A stretch of DNA of 28,517 nt. Source: Betaproteobacteria bacterium. GTDB lineage: Bacteria > Pseudomonadota > Gammaproteobacteria > Burkholderiales > Eutrophovitaceae. Positions 25,895 to 28,517 of this stretch are shown piece by piece; the stretch's first letter is position 1; every line of letters starts with the position of its first letter. The DNA is taken from positions 2,116,474 through 2,144,990 of the forward strand of contig CP070643.1 in the NCBI GenBank assembly GCA_020354125.1, given 5' to 3'. Below the pieces are notes generated by a model. That model saw only the letters and a list, made by a program, of their open reading frames with translations, was not told the DNA's origin and did no database searches. The translations under genes were made by a program, and so were the position numbers.

Positions 25895-27040
25895 TCATCG
25901 GAGCTTCACCAGCTCTTTCATGACCGTGTCAAAGCCTCCGAACACGGAGATCTTTCCGATCTTTTCCGTCACCTTTTCCAGTGTCTCCAGCTCCTTGAGC
26001 CGAAGTGCGGTCGGATTATCTTCCATCACTCGTGCGGTGTTCAGCAGAGAGCGGGTCGCAGCGGTTTCTTCACGACGGCGAATGACGTTTGCCAACGCAA
26101 GTTTTTCTGCCTCGACTACCTTGGCGAGAATGGTCTTCATGTCGCCCGGCAGAATGATGTCCTTCACACCAACCGTATCGACTTCAAGGCCAAAGCCTTC
26201 GACGCGGCGCTTGACGTATTCGGCAACAACCTGGTCGATTACCGCCTTGTTCTCCAACAGCTCGTCCAGAGTGCGCGTGCCAATGGCGGCACGCAGGCCG
26301 AACTGCAACTCCTTGTACAGGTAGTCAACCGGCTTGGCCTGTTTGGAGAACGCCACGCGCACATCATTGATGCGGTAGCCCGCGTTGAGGTTCACTCGCA
26401 GCGGCACCTTGTCCTTGGTCAGGATTTCCTGGCCCGCCACTTCAATTGCCTGCATGCGTAGATCGACAAATTCAACACGCACGTCACGGCCGAAGCAGAA
26501 GTAACCGCACACACCCGCATTCAGCACGTCAACCAGCTTGCCGTCGACATACAGGATGCCGACCTGGAACTCCGGCACCCGTACACCGCACACGTTATCG
26601 GCACCTGGTACCTTGGCAGTGAAGCCGTTGCCATTGAACGCGACAATCTGCGGCACGAGTTTCGGGTCGACCTCGAAGTCGTCTGTGATGTCGATGCGCT
26701 CGAAACGCAGGTCGATATAGCCCTTCCAATACAGGTTACGGGTGTTCGGAGCGAGCACTTCAGCAGGGATGTCGTTCTCGAAGACGAGACCGACTTCCTG
26801 CGCCCCCAGCGTCACCAGGTAGAACTCACGTTGCACCAACTCCGGTTCTTCTTTCACGAGGAAGTCGGTGAGACGATTATCAAAGTTGGTGATCGCTAGA
26901 TCGAACTTCTCCACGGTCAGGCGGAAAAACGGATCGAATCGAACGGTTTCGCCGGGACCCAGTACTTCAACGAAGTCGCCATCCTCCAGCAAAAGGGCAC
27001 GTTGATCCTTTCTTACACGAAACTTCCGAAATGGAAACAT
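25895..27040 (-). CDS. SPFH/band-7 (stomatin/slipin-like) domain protein
   Basis: C-terminal SPFH region ..VKDIILPGDMKTILAKVVEAEKLALANVIRRREETAATRSLLNTARVMEDNPTALRLKELETLEKV... Start is placed at ATG (MFPFRKF) 6 nt after GGAAGGAG rather than the upstream ATG at 27064. Confidence 0.8.
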   Translation of the reverse strand: MFPFRKFRVRKDQRALLLEDGDFVEVLGPGETVRFDPFFRLTVEKFDLAITNFDNRLTDFLVKEEPELVQREFYLVTLGAQEVGLVFENDIPAEVLAPNTRNLYWKGYIDLRFERIDITDDFEVDPKLVPQIVAFNGNGFTAKVPGADNVCGVRVPEFQVGILYVDGKLVDVLNAGVCGYFCFGRDVRVEFVDLRMQAIEVAGQEILTKDKVPLRVNLNAGYRINDVRVAFSKQAKPVDYLYKELQFGLRAAIGTRTLDELLENKAVIDQVVAEYVKRRVEGFGLEVDTVGVKDIILPGDMKTILAKVVEAEKLALANVIRRREETAATRSLLNTARVMEDNPTALRLKELETLEKVTEKIGKISVFGGFDTVMKELVKLR

Positions 27041-27303
27041 TTCATTCTCCTTCCAGTAAAACAATCCGGCCGCCCGGTTGTAAGACGGGCACCACCGCGT
27101 GCGCGGGGGAGCACGGCCGCACCTGGAAGCGCCGTCTCACTCAATGCTGCTGAAGCGAGAAAGCGTGCTTCGGCTGGTGCCGTTTCGCCCGCGTACGCCG
27201 CGAGGCGCACTCAGCCCGACAACCGGTGTTCGCGTCGCGATGATCTGCGGCGCTTACTGAGGCCGGCTCTGATACTGCATTCAAGGCTATTCAAGCCTTG
27301 TTA

Positions 27304-27365
27304 GGTGCGGGACTCGAACCCGCGATCGGCCACATGCCGATTGCTCACGGTCAGCGAGCTACCAC
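27304..27365 (-). other. tRNA-like fragment: D-arm-like and canonical T-arm (GCGGG-TTCGAGT-CCCGC) but no complementary acceptor stem
   Basis: Minus-strand read: GTGGTAGCTCGCTGACCGTGAGCAATCGGCATGTGGCCGATCGCGGGTTCGAGTCCCGCACC. An anticodon-arm-like hairpin ATCGG-CATGTGG-CCGAT is present. The 5' and 3' ends cannot pair, so this is a truncated or degenerate tRNA copy. Confidence 0.3.
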
Positions 27366-27438
27366 GGGGACGGATATGGGATTCGAACCCACTTCCTCGA
27401 ACGGTCTGTTCGTGCTCTACCAGTGAGCTAATCCGTCC
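27366..27438 (-). tRNA. tRNA-like gene, tRNA-His-like (G-1:C73, His-type T-arm) with aberrant 15-nt anticodon arm; possible tRNA pseudogene
   Basis: Minus-strand read: G-GACGGAT-TA-GCTC-ACTGGTA-GAGC-A-CGAAC-AGACC-GTTCG-AGGAA-GTGGG-TTCGAAT-CCCAT-ATCCGTC-C-CC. The acceptor pairs perfectly, and the D-arm and T-arm are canonical. The anticodon stem is 5 bp but the loop is only 5 nt, with no GUG anticodon. Confidence 0.4.
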
Positions 27439-27580
27439 ATCGATTTTCGACGCTCCCGCGCCGCGGTACACGCGAGGCCAATGTTTCAGGCCGGGCGCGC
27501 CAGGGAGGACTCACGAGCCTCGCCCGCTGCGGTTTCACGTTCGCGACGAATTCTCATGCTCCTTGCGTCTGCAAGGAGCG

Positions 27581-27658
27581 AAACAAAAAAGCCCGAATAC
27601 GTCGTCGCGCATCGGGCTTTGGAAAAAACAAAGCCCGGAGCGTTTTCACGGTCCGGGC
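27581..27658 (-). terminator. two tandem intrinsic terminators oriented for minus-strand transcription, plus an adjacent perfect 9-bp hairpin at 27558-27579
   Basis: On the minus strand: GCCCGGA...TCCGGGC hairpin followed by TTTGTTTTTTCC, then AGCCCGA...TCGGGCT hairpin followed by TTTTTTGTTT. Further downstream is GCTCCTTGC-gtct-GCAAGGAGC. Confidence 0.45.
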
Positions 27659-28077
27659 CTGAGGGGCGTCAGCGCATGGGCGCTAGCCGTCCTCCGTTTC
27701 CGGACGCGTGTTCTCCTCGCCAGTGTCACGGCGATTCGATATGAGACTGCTAAAACCCGATGACAGGGCTTTGCAGGGCCTGCATCCAAATGTGTGTCTA
27801 AATTTCATATTTGCCTCAATTCGAGAGGGCGCGGATTCTGAACTTGTTATTCATCGAAGTCAACAGAAAAATTGCAATGCATCGATGCGTCATACAAGGA
27901 CGTTGGGATCGACAGGCCCCGATCATTCCTATTTGCCGGGCGCGCCTTAGGCTCGCATGCTTGGCGAACTTCTTTCTCGGCTGGTTTGAGATTAGAATCG
28001 GCAGAAACAAATAGCCAGGGCTTCCGCACTCGGTATTGCAATGTCCTGCGGGATCAAGTCAAGGGAGGAAATCGGAC

Positions 28078-28176
28078 ATGGAAAACAAAATCATTGCGTT
28101 TGCGAGCAAGCGTTGTGGAGCAAGCGTCAGTGGCTTCAGTGATGTCAGTAGTTTCCGGGGGGGCAGTCATGAGTAG
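28078..28176 (+). CDS. small upstream ORF (32 aa, MENKIIAFASKRCGASVSGFSDVSSFRGGSHE) with strong Shine-Dalgarno, overlapping the start of the next ORF
   Basis: AAGGGAGGAAATCGGAC precedes the ATG at 28078. The TAG stop at 28174-28176 overlaps the ATG at 28169 of the downstream ORF by 8 nt. Confidence 0.25.
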   Translation: MENKIIAFASKRCGASVSGFSDVSSFRGGSHE

Positions 28177-28517
28177 ACTTCTCGATTCAATCAAACAGGC
28201 TGAGCGGGCGAGGCGCAAGAAGAAAAAAACAGTGCCGGCGCAGATAGGCGAAGAGAATTACGCGGACGCAGCCCCGAGCGTCTTCAATGCACAGCCAGCG
28301 CCGACGGGAGAAGCGCAACTTGACGAACCAACGCCACCGGGCACGGTGACATTGCACATCGAAGCCGAGAAGGCGATAAAAGACGAATCGGATAAGGACG
28401 CATCTACAAGTCTCGCTTCCGGCGGTGACAGCGCTGCGCCAGCTGAGGAGGCAAAAGCACGAGCGCGTATACGCATTTCTTCGCATACGTCCCGGATAGA
28501 ACAACGCGAGGCGCGTG
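28169..28517 (+). CDS. hypothetical protein, N-terminal part (runs off window end); N-terminus resembles GspB-like MSxLLDxLKxAExxR motif
   Basis: ORF is open to the window end, so it is absent from the supplied track (no stop). It begins MSRLLDSIKQAERARRKKKKTVPA... followed by a low-complexity acidic/Ala/Pro-rich region. Confidence 0.4.
   Translation, partial: MSRLLDSIKQAERARRKKKKTVPAQIGEENYADAAPSVFNAQPAPTGEAQLDEPTPPGTVTLHIEAEKAIKDESDKDASTSLASGGDSAAPAEEAKARARIRISSHTSRIEQREAR

Noticed and set aside
27304-27438. Interpreting the tandem tRNA-like elements as a tmRNA, tRNA-Sec or intron-containing tRNA
   Set aside because: There is no tmRNA-like 5' acceptor/3' T-arm pairing spanning a long insert. 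There is no 8-bp acceptor or long variable arm as in tRNA-Sec. Joining the two elements does not restore a 7-nt anticodon loop.
27305-27763. 152-aa plus-strand ORF 27305..27763
   Set aside because: It runs straight through the tRNA-like elements and the terminator hairpins. The product is Arg/Pro/Ser-rich low-complexity, and there is no Shine-Dalgarno.

Overview
This 28.5 kb window is GC-rich and looks like ordinary chromosomal DNA from a Gram-negative (proteobacterial-type) bacterium. Genes are densely packed on both strands. Several carry Sec or Tat signal peptides, and Shine-Dalgarno sites are of the GGAGG type. I see no integrase, transposase, CRISPR array or rRNA. Recognisable genes include a DUF1214 fragment, a DUF488/YeaO-like protein, an extended-SDR NAD(P) reductase, and a minus-strand operon (enoyl-CoA hydratase, sugar-phosphate isomerase TIM barrel, amino-acid ABC binding protein). 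There is also a TLC/MFS-like transporter, a 2-hydroxyacid dehydrogenase with an unexpected Sec signal, an HxlR regulator divergent from a membrane-protein gene, a Tat-signal amidase, a cupin, a putative esterase followed by an AraC regulator, a TM2-domain protein, two outer-membrane beta-barrel proteins, a Sir2 deacylase, a CMD-family protein, a VOC/glyoxalase protein and an SPFH/band-7 protein. The most unusual region is 13.7-16.6 kb. Two diverged paralogous secreted proteins with conserved cysteines (196 aa each, family not recognised) flank a Tat-signal intradiol ring-cleavage dioxygenase gene. That gene is intact in frame but interrupted by two in-frame stop codons (TAA, TAG), and a cupin gene sits immediately downstream of the second paralog. 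About 4 kb away a membrane-protein gene is likewise interrupted by a single in-frame TGA. Other oddities are a 15-nt x4 tandem repeat running into the esterase start codon, a 16-nt x5 tandem array overlapping the stop codon of an outer-membrane gene, a pair of tandem tRNA-like elements on the minus strand with abnormal architecture (one His-like with G-1 but a short anticodon arm), a cluster of intrinsic terminators with no obvious gene, and a 3'-end locus with a strongly ribosome-bound small ORF coupled to a GspB-like partial ORF. All functional calls come from my own reading of motifs; no database search was run.
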